DNA of 64,000 nt from an uncultured Solirubrobacterales bacterium. Lineage in GTDB: Bacteria; Actinomycetota; Thermoleophilia; Solirubrobacterales; Solirubrobacteraceae. The notes below the pieces were generated by a model that was not told where the DNA came from, searched no databases, and saw only the letters and a program-made list of their open reading frames with translations. The translations under genes were made by a program, and so were the position numbers. The stretch is from positions 1,964,492-2,028,491 of the forward strand of contig CAWCZI010000012.1 of the NCBI GenBank assembly GCA_963799995.1. The letters are read 5' to 3'. Within the stretch, counting starts at the first letter, position 1; the number at the start of each line of letters is the position of its first letter. This document shows positions 16,942 to 27,205 of the stretch, one piece after another.

Positions 16942-18351
16942 TCAGAACTGAAACGGGCGGTCGATGCCGGCCAGCGAGACGCCGGTGAATGCCGACGCTT
17001 CGAGCGTCAGCGCGCGGAGGTCCTCGGGCTCGAGGTTGTGCACCGATGACTTGCCGCACGCCTTGGCCAGCAGCGTGGCCTCCATCGTCATCGCGGTCAG
17101 CAGACGCAAGGTTCGCTCCGCGCCGGCCTCGACATCCATCCGCTCCTCGAGCTCGGGGTCCTGGGTGGTGATCCCGACCGGGCAGCGACCGGTATGGCAG
17201 TGATGACAGGAGCCGGGAGCGGTCCCGAGGGCGGCGTAGTCGTCGACGTAGCGCGGCGAATTACAACCGAGCCCGATCAGCGCCGCGGTCGCGATCATCG
17301 CGCAGTCGGCGCCGAGGGCGAGCGCCTTGGCGACGTCGACCCCGGAGCGGATGCCGCCGGAGACGACGAGCTTCACCTTGTCGGCCATCCCGCAGTCCTC
17401 GAGCGCGCGGCGCGCGGCGGGGATTGCGGAGATCAACGGCACCCCGGTGTGGTCCAGCAGCATCTCGGGCGAGGCGCCGGTCGAGCCCTCCATCCCGTCG
17501 AGCACGATCACGTCGGCACCGGTCTTGGCCGCCACCGCCACGTCGTAGTAGGGACGCGTCGCCCCGAGCTTGATGAAGATCGGGACGCGGTAGCCGGTGG
17601 CGTCGCGCAGCTCCTCGATCTTGATCTGCAGATCGTCGGCGCCGAGGAAGTCTGGATGGCGGACGGTCGCTCGCTGGTCCACTCCGAGCGGAAGCGAGCG
17701 CATGCGGGCGACTCGCTCGGAGACCTTCATGCCCAGCAGCAGCCCGCCGGTACCGGGCTTGGCGCCCTGCCCCACCACGACCTCGATCCCGTCGGCGCGG
17801 CGCAGATGGTCGAGGTCGAGCATGTAGCGCGACGGGGTCAGCTGGTACACGAGCGTCTGCGACTCCGCGCGCTCGTCCTCGAGCATGCCGCCCTCGCCCG
17901 TGCAGGTCATCGTGCCGGCCCGCGAGGCACCCCGGCCGAGCGCGGCCTTGGCGCTCGCCGACAGCGCGCCGAAGCTCATCGACGCGATGTAGATCGGGAT
18001 CTCGAGCTCGATCGGCTCCTCCACCAGTCCCAGCCCATCTCCCAGAACCGTTTTCGTGTCGCATTTCTCGCGGTAGCCCTCCAGCGGCAGCCGCGTCATC
18101 GTCGCCGGCTGGAAGACGAGATCGTCGAAGCTGGGCAGCTGGCGCTGGAAGGTGGAGAAGCCGCGGATCTGATAGCGCCCGAGCTGTGCCTTGGCGTGAA
18201 TGTCGGCGATCGCCGCCGGCGTCCACCGCGACGAGCCGCCGCGGGTGTAGGACCGGGCCACCCCCGCCGGCCGGCCGGCCTGCGCTCCGTCGGAGAACGC
18301 CGCCGGGTCCTCTTCGGGGTGGCCGTTGGCGCCGTTCAGATCATCAGCCAT
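16942..18351 (-). CDS. glxD: FMN-binding glutamate synthase-family subunit (GlxD / N-methylglutamate synthase MgsC-like)
   Basis: MSFGALS, TGEGG, GQGAKPGTGG, DGMEGSTGA, SGGIRSGVDVAKALALGAD, CHHCHTGRCPVGITTQDP. Start at MADDLNG. Confidence 0.85.
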   Translation of the reverse strand: MADDLNGANGHPEEDPAAFSDGAQAGRPAGVARSYTRGGSSRWTPAAIADIHAKAQLGRYQIRGFSTFQRQLPSFDDLVFQPATMTRLPLEGYREKCDTKTVLGDGLGLVEEPIELEIPIYIASMSFGALSASAKAALGRGASRAGTMTCTGEGGMLEDERAESQTLVYQLTPSRYMLDLDHLRRADGIEVVVGQGAKPGTGGLLLGMKVSERVARMRSLPLGVDQRATVRHPDFLGADDLQIKIEELRDATGYRVPIFIKLGATRPYYDVAVAAKTGADVIVLDGMEGSTGASPEMLLDHTGVPLISAIPAARRALEDCGMADKVKLVVSGGIRSGVDVAKALALGADCAMIATAALIGLGCNSPRYVDDYAALGTAPGSCHHCHTGRCPVGITTQDPELEERMDVEAGAERTLRLLTAMTMEATLLAKACGKSSVHNLEPEDLRALTLEASAFTGVSLAGIDRPFQF

Positions 18352-19016
18352 TGCTGCGCATCCCTTGACTCGAAGTGCCACAGCGCCTGCGCGGAGACGA
18401 TGCGCTGCCACGTCTGCCCCTCATCGCCGATGCCGAGGCCGGCGAGCAGCGCCCACACCTCCGCGACCTCGTCGGCCGGCGGCTCCTCGATCCGTGCGTC
18501 GACACCGAGACCGCCGATCGTGCCGGCGACCCAGATCTCCCCCTCCCACAGCGAGTCACCCGCGGCATCGGCGGTGTCACCGAGGCAGATCACCCGCCCC
18601 CCGTGGGCCATGAAGCCGCAGGCATGGCCGAGCGAGCCCTCGACCACGATCACCCCGCCCTTCATCGCCACGCCGCAGCGCGGACCGGCGTTGCCGCGCA
18701 CGTGGATCGTGCCTCCGCGGATCGACGCGCCGACGCTCATCGCGGCGTTGCCCTGCACGGTGATGTGCCCGCTGGCCATCGCCTCCCCGACGCCCCAGCC
18801 GGCATTGCGGGTGATCGTGATGCCGGCACCGTTGTTGAGGCCGCCGCAGTAATAGCCCACCGAGCCTTCGAACGTCACCTCGCCCCCTGGCGGCAACGCA
18901 ACGCCGAGATTGTGACGTGAGAGCGGCTCGGTCACGCGCACGTGCTCGCCGGCGGCGACGGCCGCCCGGATCTCCTCGTTGACCTCCCGCAGGGGACGAT
19001 CCCCGGCTCGGATCAC
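18336..19016 (-). CDS. glxC: GXGXG-domain subunit (GlxC / MgsB-like)
   Basis: Repeated GxxxG beta-helix (GSVGYYCGG, GNAGPRCG, GFMAHGG); flanked by glxB and glxD homologues. Confidence 0.85.
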   Translation of the reverse strand: MIRAGDRPLREVNEEIRAAVAAGEHVRVTEPLSRHNLGVALPPGGEVTFEGSVGYYCGGLNNGAGITITRNAGWGVGEAMASGHITVQGNAAMSVGASIRGGTIHVRGNAGPRCGVAMKGGVIVVEGSLGHACGFMAHGGRVICLGDTADAAGDSLWEGEIWVAGTIGGLGVDARIEEPPADEVAEVWALLAGLGIGDEGQTWQRIVSAQALWHFESRDAQQWLMI

Positions 19017-19963
19017 GCGGCCGCCCCCACCGCCACCGGCGAGCGGACGGACCAGATGCGAACGATCGACGGACCGTCGTGGACCTCTACGTCGACCTCG
19101 TCGACGTAGAGCGTGCGCAGCGCCTGCTCCTCGGTGGCGACGGCGACGCCATCGGGTCCGATCACCGCGACGACCGGCTTGATCGCCCAGCGATCCTTGG
19201 CCAGTGCGATCCCGTCGGGGGTGGCCAGCAGATATGTGAAGACGCCGTCGAGCTCGCTCAGGCTGCGCTCGAGCGACTCCTGAAGCGAATCGCCGGCCGC
19301 CATCCGCACCGAGTTCCAGACCGCGATCAGCTCGCTGTCGTTCTCGGTCGTGAAGCGGTATCCCTGCCGCTGCAGGCGCCGCCGCCAGGTGTAGTAATTG
19401 GTCAGCTGCCCGTTGTGGACGATCGCCACGTCGGGAAACGGCCGCGCCCAGAACGGATGGCCCGCGACCGGTGACACATTCGACTCCGTGGCCAGACGAA
19501 CGTGACCGAGGCCATGCGTCCCGATGAACTCCTCCACCCCGTGCTTGGATGCCACCTCGCCGGCGTCGCCGACGTCCTTGACGATCTCCAACGCGCGCCC
19601 GGCCGACTGAAGCTCGACCCGGTCAAGCGCGTCGCAGGCGTCGACCCAGGCTGAGAACGGCTTGGGATCGGAGACCACGAGCCTCGCCAGCACATGCCGT
19701 TGGCCGCTCTGGTCCCAGGTCGGCTCCTGCACGAAGTCCGCGCCGTGCTCGCGAGTGACGCCGCGCAGAGCCTCGAGATCCTGATCCAGGTGACCGCGGT
19801 CGGCAAGGAGCGCGCGCACGACGAACGCATCCTCGCGCGGCGTTCCATACAGCGCGAACCCAGTGCTGTCCCACCCCCGGTGACGCTGCGCGGCCATCAT
19901 CGCCGTCAGGTCGGCGCCGAGACGGCCCGGCTCATTCAGCGTCCGGCCTGCGATCCCGCACAT
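19013..19963 (-). CDS. glxB: Class II glutamine amidotransferase subunit (GlxB / MgsA-like)
   Basis: N-terminal MCGIAG, HRGWDSTG, GHVRLATES, HPF, VHNGQLTNY, NDSELI. Confidence 0.87.
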   Translation of the reverse strand: MCGIAGRTLNEPGRLGADLTAMMAAQRHRGWDSTGFALYGTPREDAFVVRALLADRGHLDQDLEALRGVTREHGADFVQEPTWDQSGQRHVLARLVVSDPKPFSAWVDACDALDRVELQSAGRALEIVKDVGDAGEVASKHGVEEFIGTHGLGHVRLATESNVSPVAGHPFWARPFPDVAIVHNGQLTNYYTWRRRLQRQGYRFTTENDSELIAVWNSVRMAAGDSLQESLERSLSELDGVFTYLLATPDGIALAKDRWAIKPVVAVIGPDGVAVATEEQALRTLYVDEVDVEVHDGPSIVRIWSVRSPVAVGAAA

Positions 19964-19985
19964 ACAGGGCTCTCCCTTTCGTTAT

Positions 19986-20002
19986 TGCATACCGTACACG
20001 AA
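19986..20002. promoter_or_regulatory. Candidate GntR operator overlapping the putative glxB -10 box
   Basis: TGCATACCGTACACGAA. The minus strand reads TTGTGA-17 nt-TACGGT, followed by RBS GGGAG. Confidence 0.6.
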
Positions 20003-20049
20003 ACACGAGACCCTCACAAGACCACCCGGGCGCCGAGATGCAACAAGTC

Positions 20050-20763
20050 CTAGGCGGCTCTTGATGCCCGGCGGCGCCGGGCCGTGCCGGCGCTGGGCGA
20101 CTTGGCCGCCGCGCCCTTCACGGTGCGCTCGAGGCCCCACGCGATGTGCTCGATCATCGCGCGGCGAGCGCGCACCGGATCACCGGCGGCGATCTCCTTG
20201 ATCAGCGCCTCGTGCTCGGCCACGAACGCGTCGTGCGGCGAGTGAACGTAGAAATCGTGGTACGCGAGAGCGCTGATGGCCCGGCCCCAGATCGCGTCGA
20301 AGAAGTTGAGCAGGTACGAGTTGCCGGTTGCCTGCACGATTGACCGGTGAACCGAGCGGTTGGCTTCGAACGACTCCCGGGTGGACCGCAGCTTTCTCGC
20401 GGTGGCCGCCGCGAGCGCGTCCCTCACCTGCGCCAGCGCGTTCGGACCGAGCTCAGCGACGATCGCGGCGGCGTGGCCCTCGACCGCGTCTCGCGCCCCG
20501 TAGAGATCGCGCACGTCTGAGTCCGACAGGCTGCGCACGACGTATCCGCGGCGTCCTGAAGGCTCCACCACGCCCTCTTCCTTGAGCCGCAGAAGAGCGT
20601 CGCGCACCGGCGTCCGGCTGACGTCGAGCTCTTCGGCCAGGCGGTCCTGGATCAGCCGATCGCCGGGATTGACCGTCCCCTGCACCAGCGCCTCGACGAG
20701 CCGGTCATAGACCTCGCTCGCGAGCCGGGAGTGCGAGCGGTCGATGCGCTGGATTGCTGCCAT
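20050..20763 (-). CDS. GntR/FadR-family transcriptional regulator
   Basis: LDVSRTPVRDALLRL wHTH; FCD domain NRSVH...EHEAL. Confidence 0.93.
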   Translation of the reverse strand: MAAIQRIDRSHSRLASEVYDRLVEALVQGTVNPGDRLIQDRLAEELDVSRTPVRDALLRLKEEGVVEPSGRRGYVVRSLSDSDVRDLYGARDAVEGHAAAIVAELGPNALAQVRDALAAATARKLRSTRESFEANRSVHRSIVQATGNSYLLNFFDAIWGRAISALAYHDFYVHSPHDAFVAEHEALIKEIAAGDPVRARRAMIEHIAWGLERTVKGAAAKSPSAGTARRRRASRAA

Positions 20764-20772
20764 GGTCGCAGT

Positions 20773-21225
20773 CTAAAGACCTTCACCATCAATGGACGGA
20801 GTTCGATATCCGGTAATCGCGTCCACCTCCACCTCCACCATCAGCCCCGGAGTCGCCAGCTGCGCCCCGACGACGGTCAGCACCGGAGCCGCGTCTCCGA
20901 GCGCCTCGCGGTGAGCCCGCGCGAACGCGGCGGCGTCGGCCATGTCAACCAGGTAGGCGCGGGTGCGGACCACGTCGCTCAGGCTCGCGCCCACGGCTCG
21001 CAACGCCGCATCGATGCGCTGCAGGGTGAAGCGGGACTGGGCGGCCGTGTCGCCCGGCTGATGGACGCGCCCTGACCGCTCGACGGCGGTCGTGCCGGCC
21101 ACATAGACGAACGGGCCGACCCGCTTGGCGCGGACATATCCGGCGAGCTCCTCGAAGCGGCCGCCGTCACGGTGCTCGGCGCTCTCCCAGCCCTCCGCGG
21201 CTCCCATCCCCTCGACAGCCTCCAT
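20773..21225 (-). CDS. RidA/YjgF-family protein
   Basis: GYVRAKRVGPFVYVAGTT, DVVRTRAY, VEVEVDA. Start at MEAVEG. Confidence 0.85.
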   Translation of the reverse strand: MEAVEGMGAAEGWESAEHRDGGRFEELAGYVRAKRVGPFVYVAGTTAVERSGRVHQPGDTAAQSRFTLQRIDAALRAVGASLSDVVRTRAYLVDMADAAAFARAHREALGDAAPVLTVVGAQLATPGLMVEVEVDAITGYRTPSIDGEGL

Positions 21226-21249
21226 CGTCTCACCTCGTATGCGGTGTTT

Positions 21250-21266
21250 CGCGTTCCGTACACGAT
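21250..21266. promoter_or_regulatory. Weaker copy of the candidate operator upstream of ridA-gntR
   Basis: CGCGTTCCGTACACGAT, 13/17 identical to 19986-20002. Confidence 0.4.
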
Positions 21267-21292
21267 AGCTCCGGGCGCGGGCGCCCGGGGGG

Positions 21293-22389
21293 TTAGTAGA
21301 CGATGACGCTGCGGGCTGTCTCCCCCGCCTGCATGCGCGCGAACGCATCGTTGACTTCGTCCAGCCCGCAGGTGGTGATAAGGGGTGCGAGGCGCAGCCG
21401 GCCGTCGCGGTAGAGGTCGACGAGGAGGGGGATGTCGCGCAGCGGCACGCAGGAGCCATACCAGGAGCCGCGCACGCACCTTTCCTCCAGGGTGGTCGTC
21501 AGCGCGTCCAGTGCCACCCGGGTCTCGGGTGAGGCCATACCGATCAGAACCGCCTGGCCGCCGCGGCTGGTCAGCGCCACCGCGGTGTCGATCGTGTCCG
21601 GACGTCCCAGCGCCTCGAAGGCGTGGTCGACGCCACCTCCGAGCAGCTCGGTGACGGCCTCGACGGGGTCGCACTCGGCGGCGTTCACGACCGCGGTCGC
21701 GCCCAGCTCGCGAGCCAGCTCGAGCTTGGCGGCGACGACGTCGACCGCCACGATCGTGCTCGCGCCCGCGATCCGTGCCCCCTGCACGACGTTGAGGCCG
21801 ACACCCCCGCACCCGACCACCGCCACGGAGTCGCCGGGGCGCACGTGCGCGGTGTTGATGGCCGCTCCCACCCCGGTCATGACGGCGCAGCCCATCAACG
21901 CGAGCTCGGTCAGCGGAAGGCCGGGATCGACCTTCACCGCCGTCCGCGCCGGCACCACCGAGCACTCGGCGAACGAGGACGTGTTGTAGTGATGAACCGG
22001 CTCCCCGTCACGGCTGAAAGCGGCACGTCCCGTCCTCCATCGTCGCGTCGTACCAGGCCGTGTTCTCGCAGATGTTCGGCCGCCCGCGCGCGCATTGGCG
22101 GCAGTGCCCGCAGTAGGGAAGCCAGGTCAGCAGGACATGGTCGCCCGGACGCAGGCCGACCACGCCCGGACCGACCTGCTCCACCACGCCCGCTCCCTCG
22201 TGGCCGAGGACGACCGGGAGCGAGGTCGGATGGATCGCCCTGGGCGACGTGAAGGTCGGAGTGGCAGACGCCGCTGGCCGCCATGCGAATCAGCACCTCG
22301 CCCGTCTTGGGCGGATCGAGCTCGAGGTCCTCGATCACGAGCGGCTGCCCGAATTCGTGCAGGACGGCGGCCCGTATCGGCGTCGACAT
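21293..22389 (-). CDS. Zn-dependent alcohol dehydrogenase (class III/aryl-alcohol type), two +1 frameshifts (about 22238 and 22019)
   Basis: ASGVCHSDLH, then (shifted) GHEGAG...CGHCRQC...C, then GCAVMTGVG, GCGGVG, GSWYG. The net frame change matches two single-base insertions. Confidence 0.85.
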
Positions 22390-22401
22390 GAGTTCTCCCC
22401 T

Positions 22402-23656
22402 TCAGCCGGACTTTTGCCCGGGCGACCGGACACGCACGGGCAGCGACTTGAACCCGTTTACGAAGTTCGAGCTCAGGCGAACCGGAGCCCCCGCGAGCTC
22501 GAAGCGGACATCCCGGGCCAGGATCTCCTCGAGCAGGACCCTGAGCTCGAGGCGGGCGAGGAACGAGCCGAGGCAGAAGTGCGGACCCCCGCGTCCGAAC
22601 GTCGTGTGCGGGTTGCGCCGGCGCCCGACGTCAAAGCGCTGCGGGTCCTCGAACACGTCCTCGTCGAAGTTGGCCGACAGGTACCACAACGCCACCCGAT
22701 CGCCGGCCTGGATCGGCACCTCGCGGATCTCCGTGTCCCGGGTCGCGGTCCGCCTGAAGTAGATCAGCGGCGTGCCGTAGCGCAGGATCTCATCGACCGC
22801 GGTTGGCACCAGCGACGGATCCGCCACCAGTCGCTCGAACTGATCTGGATGCTGCATCAGGGCAAGGATCCCCTGCGAGATTCCGGTGCGGGTGGTCTCG
22901 TTGCCGGCGAAGATGAACAGCTGGAAGAAGTTGGTGTACTCGGTGTCGTCCAGGTGCTCACCCTCGACCTCGGCGTGCACGAGCCGGGAGACCAGGTCAT
23001 CGCGGGGCTGCCCGCCGCCGCTCCGCCCCGATCCTGCGCCCGTACTCGAACACCGTGTGCGCGGCCGGCGTGCCGAACGGGAGCAACCGCGGATCGATCT
23101 CGCTCGGGTACTTGACGGGATCGGGCCGGTAGTCCGCGTCCGTGGCCGCCGCCATCTCGCTCGTCAGCTCGATCAGCATCGGAACGTCCTCGGCGGGCAG
23201 CCCGAGAATCGCGATCAGCACCGTGACCGGCACCGGCTCGGAGATCTCGGTCACCCAGTCGAATTCCCGCTTGGCGATCGCGGTATCCAGGAGGTCTCCG
23301 ACGACGGTGCGCGTGTACTGCTCGTACTCCCGGACCCGAGTCGGGGTGAACGCGTAGCTGACGAGCTTGCGCAGCCGGGTGTGCGCGGGCGGGTCGGTCT
23401 CGATCATCGACTGGCGCGCGGCCAGCGCGTCGGGCTCGCGGTCCTCCAGCGCGATGTGGCCGAGCTGTGAGGAGAAGCGCTGCGTGTCGCGGCTGACGGC
23501 GACGACATCGGCGTGCTTGGCCAGCAGCCAGAAGCCACCGCGTGTGCCCGGCCACGGATGCCAGTGCACGGGGTCGTCTCGTCGCAGCGCCGCCAGTGTC
23601 TCGTGCGGCACCCCTTCGGCGTAGACCTTCGGGCTCGCGACGTCGATGTGGCTCAC
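22402..23656 (-). CDS. Cytochrome P450, +1 frameshift at about 23012
   Basis: DPPAHTRLRK, FAGNETT, EILRY, heme motif FGRGGPHFCLG. GTG start overlaps the upstream stop. Confidence 0.9.
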
Positions 23657-24209
23657 GCGTCCGCCGGCGCGGCGGTGAAATCGCTCACCTCGACGAGGGT
23701 CGCGATCTCGTCGGCGAGCGCGCCGCAGAAGGCCGCGTGCACAGCGTCCGCTCGGAACGCTGCCGGCCGCGATGCTCCAGATCCGGCGCCGCGCACGCGT
23801 CATCGATCAGCACCGGCGCCATCCCCAGATCAGCGGCGGCGCGGACGGTCGCGTCGACGCACATCGACGTCATCATCCCGCAGAAGGCGACGCGGCTTGC
23901 GCCCAGGGTCGCGAGGTGCTCGGCAAGGTCGGTCTGCAAGAACGAGTTGGGGTGGTGCTTGACGATCACGAGCTCCCCCTCGGCCGGCGCCACCGCGCTG
24001 TGGGTCTCCGCGCCGCGGCTTCCGGGCACGAAGAACTCGTCGCTGCCCGGCTCTTCGTGGCGGATGTGGACGACGTGAACGCCGGCCTGGCGGGCCGCCT
24101 CGATCGCCTCGGCCGCGCGGCCGGCGGCGCGCTCGGCGTGCGGGAGCGCCAGCGCCCCGCCGGGGAAGTACTCGTTCTGGATGTCGATCACGACCAGAGC
24201 GTCGGACAT
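23653..24209 (-). CDS. Cysteine hydrolase/isochorismatase-family protein, frameshifted near 23760
   Basis: LVVIDIQNEY, KHHPNSF, GMMTSMCVDAT (catalytic Cys). The C-terminus continues in another frame (VHAAFCGAL...DA*). Confidence 0.85.
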
Positions 24210-24231
24210 CGGGCGAAGCCTACCCCCGACC

Positions 24232-25788
24232 TCAAGCCGTGACGGATGCGCCGCGCTTGCGCTGGTATGCCCGCCAGGTGGGCGCCCACCGCTCCGGGTC
24301 GTCGTGTGGTGCCTGGTCGAGCTGGTGAACCGTGCTGCGCTGCGGGGACGTCATCACAATCTCGGGAGTCTCGTACGCCTCGCGGGCGACCTCGGCGATG
24401 ATCTCCGCGTACTCGTCGAGGTCCGCCCGCGAGTAGGACTCCGAGGGCTCGAGCGTCATCGGCTCGGCGACCAGCCATGGTTCGTGGCTCGGGAAATAGC
24501 TGGCGACGCCGAAGTCGGCGGTTCGCCGGGCGACGTCAACCGTACTCACGCCGGTGTCCTCATGGAGCCGCGCGAGGCTGTAGCGGATCTGCTCCAGCCG
24601 GCGCGCGGGATTCGTGTCCGCGAACGAGACGTCGAGGCCGGGCACGCCGGCCAGCCGCGAGGCCAGATAGTTGTTGTTCAGGACGGCGGTCTGCGCGACT
24701 TCCCTGAGCCCCTCGGCGCCGAGGCTGAGGATCCACGCGAACGAGCGCACGACCGTCGCCGGGACGCCATGGAAGGCGCGGATCTTGCCGACCGATTGCG
24801 GCCGGTCGTACTCGAGCCGGTACCGCGAGCCGTCGAATTCGACCGTCGGCACGGGCAGGAAGGGCTCGAGCTCGGCGGTGACGCCGCAGGCGCCGACCGG
24901 CATGCCCATCGAGCAGTGCGGCGAGGAGAACGTCTTGTGCAGGTTGAACTGGCACAGGTCGAAGCCCGCGTCGCCCGCACGGGTGATGCCGAGGATCCCG
25001 TTCGCGTTGGCCTGGTCGTAGTGGCACAGGCCGCCCGCCTCGTGGACGATCTCCACGATCTCCTCGATGTGCGGGTTGAAGAGCCCGGTGTCCTCGGGGT
25101 TGGTGATCATCAGACCCGCCGTGCGCTCCGAGACCGCCTTCCGGATCGCGTCGGGCTCCGGGTATCCCTTCTCGCCCGCATAGACCGTGATCACCTTGCA
25201 GCCCGCGGTGGCCGGCCCCGCGCCGTCGCAGGGGTGCGAGAAGATCGTGGTGATGATCTCGTCGCGGTCGGAATCGCCTCGGGCGGCGTGGTAGGCGCGG
25301 ATCATCCTCGCGTTGGCGTACACGCCCTGCGACCCACCCGCCGGCTGAAGCGTGAAGCGCGACAGACCGGAGATCGAGCACAACATGCGCTCGAATCGGT
25401 AAAAGACCTCGAGCATCCCCTGCACCGTCTCGTCGTCCTGCAACGGGTGCAGATCGGCGACCTTCGGCGAACGGATCAGCTCCTCGTTGACCTTCGGGCT
25501 GTACTTCATCGTGCAGGTGCCCAGGCCGAGATGGATGTTCACGTCGTTGCCCAGCGTCTCCTGCGACAGGCGGAGGTAGTGGCGCAGAACGCGCTGCTGG
25601 CTGCACTCGGGCAGCTGCGGCGGGCGCGAGCGGCGAAGCTCCTGAGGAATACCGGTCAGCGGTTCCTGCTCGGCGCCGGCGAGCTCGGGCTCGACCTGCG
25701 GCGGGATGATGCCGCGCTCGCCCGGACTCGAGAGCTCGAGCAGGATCGGCTCATTCCAGCTGGCCTGATGAAAGGGACGAAGGGTCAT
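24232..25788 (-). CDS. gcvPB: Glycine decarboxylase P-protein subunit 2-like (divergent)
   Basis: GLGTCTMKYSP, LQPAGGSQG, YDQANANG, FNLHKTFSSPH (PLP Lys), EPSESY. Start MTLRPFHQ overlaps the gcvPA stop. Confidence 0.85.
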   Translation of the reverse strand: MTLRPFHQASWNEPILLELSSPGERGIIPPQVEPELAGAEQEPLTGIPQELRRSRPPQLPECSQQRVLRHYLRLSQETLGNDVNIHLGLGTCTMKYSPKVNEELIRSPKVADLHPLQDDETVQGMLEVFYRFERMLCSISGLSRFTLQPAGGSQGVYANARMIRAYHAARGDSDRDEIITTIFSHPCDGAGPATAGCKVITVYAGEKGYPEPDAIRKAVSERTAGLMITNPEDTGLFNPHIEEIVEIVHEAGGLCHYDQANANGILGITRAGDAGFDLCQFNLHKTFSSPHCSMGMPVGACGVTAELEPFLPVPTVEFDGSRYRLEYDRPQSVGKIRAFHGVPATVVRSFAWILSLGAEGLREVAQTAVLNNNYLASRLAGVPGLDVSFADTNPARRLEQIRYSLARLHEDTGVSTVDVARRTADFGVASYFPSHEPWLVAEPMTLEPSESYSRADLDEYAEIIAEVAREAYETPEIVMTSPQRSTVHQLDQAPHDDPERWAPTWRAYQRKRGASVTA

Positions 25789-27179
25789 CGCAGCACCTCC
25801 GCGAGCTCGTCGGCGAGACGGTCGATGTCGGCTTTGGTATGCACCTCGGTGACGCACACGAGCGCGCTCTGCCCGAGCTCCGGATACTCCTTGTGAAGGT
25901 CGAGGCCTCCGAAGATCCCGCGCTCGCGCAGCGCCCCGTTGACCTCAGCGACAGTGCGGCCACTTTCTGAGAAGTCGACTACGAACTCCTTGAAGAACGG
26001 AGCCGAGAGCGCTGGAGCGCGGACACCCGGCAGCGCGTCCAGACGCCGGGCGGCGTAGCGCGCGCGCTGGACGATGCCCCGCCCCAGTTCGGCGAGCCCC
26101 TGTGGGCCCACCATCGCCAGGTAGGCGCCTGCCGCGATCGCCCACAGGTTCTGGGTCGTGCCGGTGTACTCCTTGGAGTCGCCACGCTGGACGTAGGAGG
26201 TTCGCTCCCACACGATCTCGCCGAAGCCGTACTCGCCCTCGACGACGGTGGGGCCCACGCCGATCAGGAACATGGGGTACTCGGAGACGAATTGCTCGGA
26301 GTCCTGCGAGGCGACGAAGCCCGCGGCCCCGCCGCCGTAATGCATGTGGATCCCGAGCGGCTGGAGCTCGCCGCAGACGATGTCCGCGCCGTAGCGCGGC
26401 GGAGCCTCGAGCACGCCGAGCGAAATGGGGTCGACCCCAACAACGGTCAGCGCACCGGCTTCCCGGGCCAGCGCGGCGATCTCTTGCGCCTGGGTCTCGA
26501 CGACGCCCAGAAAGCCGGGCATCTCGAAGTAGACGCACGCCGTGTCGGCGCTCAGCAGCTCGCGGATCCGGCCGAGGTTGAGCAGGCCGGTGGCCGAGTC
26601 AAACGCGATCGTCTCGATCTCGACCCACGGCTCGCAGTAGCCCTCGATCAGCGAGCGGCGCTCGGCTCCGATGGATGCCGGAACGAGCGCCACCTGGCGA
26701 CCGGTGATCCGGGCGGCCATGCAGATCGAGGTCGCAGCGGCCGCGCCCCAGTCGTAGGTCGGCTGGCTGACCACGTCGCACTCGACCAGCTCTCCCATCA
26801 TGCTCGCGTACTCGAACAGCGCCTGCAGCTTGCCGTGGTCGCCGTACGTGTCGCCGTAGTAGGCGGTCAGGAACTCGCCCCGGTTGACGATCTCGTCGCA
26901 CACGGCGGGGACGTAATGAGGCCAGCATCCGCCCCCGAGAAAGCTCAGCCGTTCGGCGCAGCTCTGGTTGCGGTCCAGCACGCCGGTGACGTGGCGGCGC
27001 AGCTCATATTCCGAGCGCAGCGGCTCGGGGAGGTCGAGCAGCCCGGTGACCCGCAGCCGCTCGGGAATCGAGCTGTACAGCTCCTCGGCACTGCCGGCGC
27101 CGATCGCGTCGAGCATCGCGCGCCTGACGCCGGGGGCGGAGTTCGGGATGTAGGGATGGGCGGGCGGGGCATCGCTCAC
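25785..27179 (-). CDS. gcvPA: Glycine decarboxylase P-protein subunit 1-like (divergent)
   Basis: HPYIPN, FLGGGCWPHYVP, GELQPLG..MHYGGG, YTGTTQ, VCVTE. GTG at 27179 has RBS GAGGAGG; alternative start at 27206. Confidence 0.85.
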   Translation of the reverse strand: MSDAPPAHPYIPNSAPGVRRAMLDAIGAGSAEELYSSIPERLRVTGLLDLPEPLRSEYELRRHVTGVLDRNQSCAERLSFLGGGCWPHYVPAVCDEIVNRGEFLTAYYGDTYGDHGKLQALFEYASMMGELVECDVVSQPTYDWGAAAATSICMAARITGRQVALVPASIGAERRSLIEGYCEPWVEIETIAFDSATGLLNLGRIRELLSADTACVYFEMPGFLGVVETQAQEIAALAREAGALTVVGVDPISLGVLEAPPRYGADIVCGELQPLGIHMHYGGGAAGFVASQDSEQFVSEYPMFLIGVGPTVVEGEYGFGEIVWERTSYVQRGDSKEYTGTTQNLWAIAAGAYLAMVGPQGLAELGRGIVQRARYAARRLDALPGVRAPALSAPFFKEFVVDFSESGRTVAEVNGALRERGIFGGLDLHKEYPELGQSALVCVTEVHTKADIDRLADELAEVLR

Positions 27180-27205
27180 GTGGGTGACCTCCTCAGGGCC
27201 GTTCA

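Noticed and set aside
16942-19963. Ordinary glutamate synthase (gltB) broken into pieces
   Set aside because: The three ORFs have their own starts and overlapping junctions in glxB-C-D order, and there is no gltD. This matches a natural three-subunit family rather than fragmentation.
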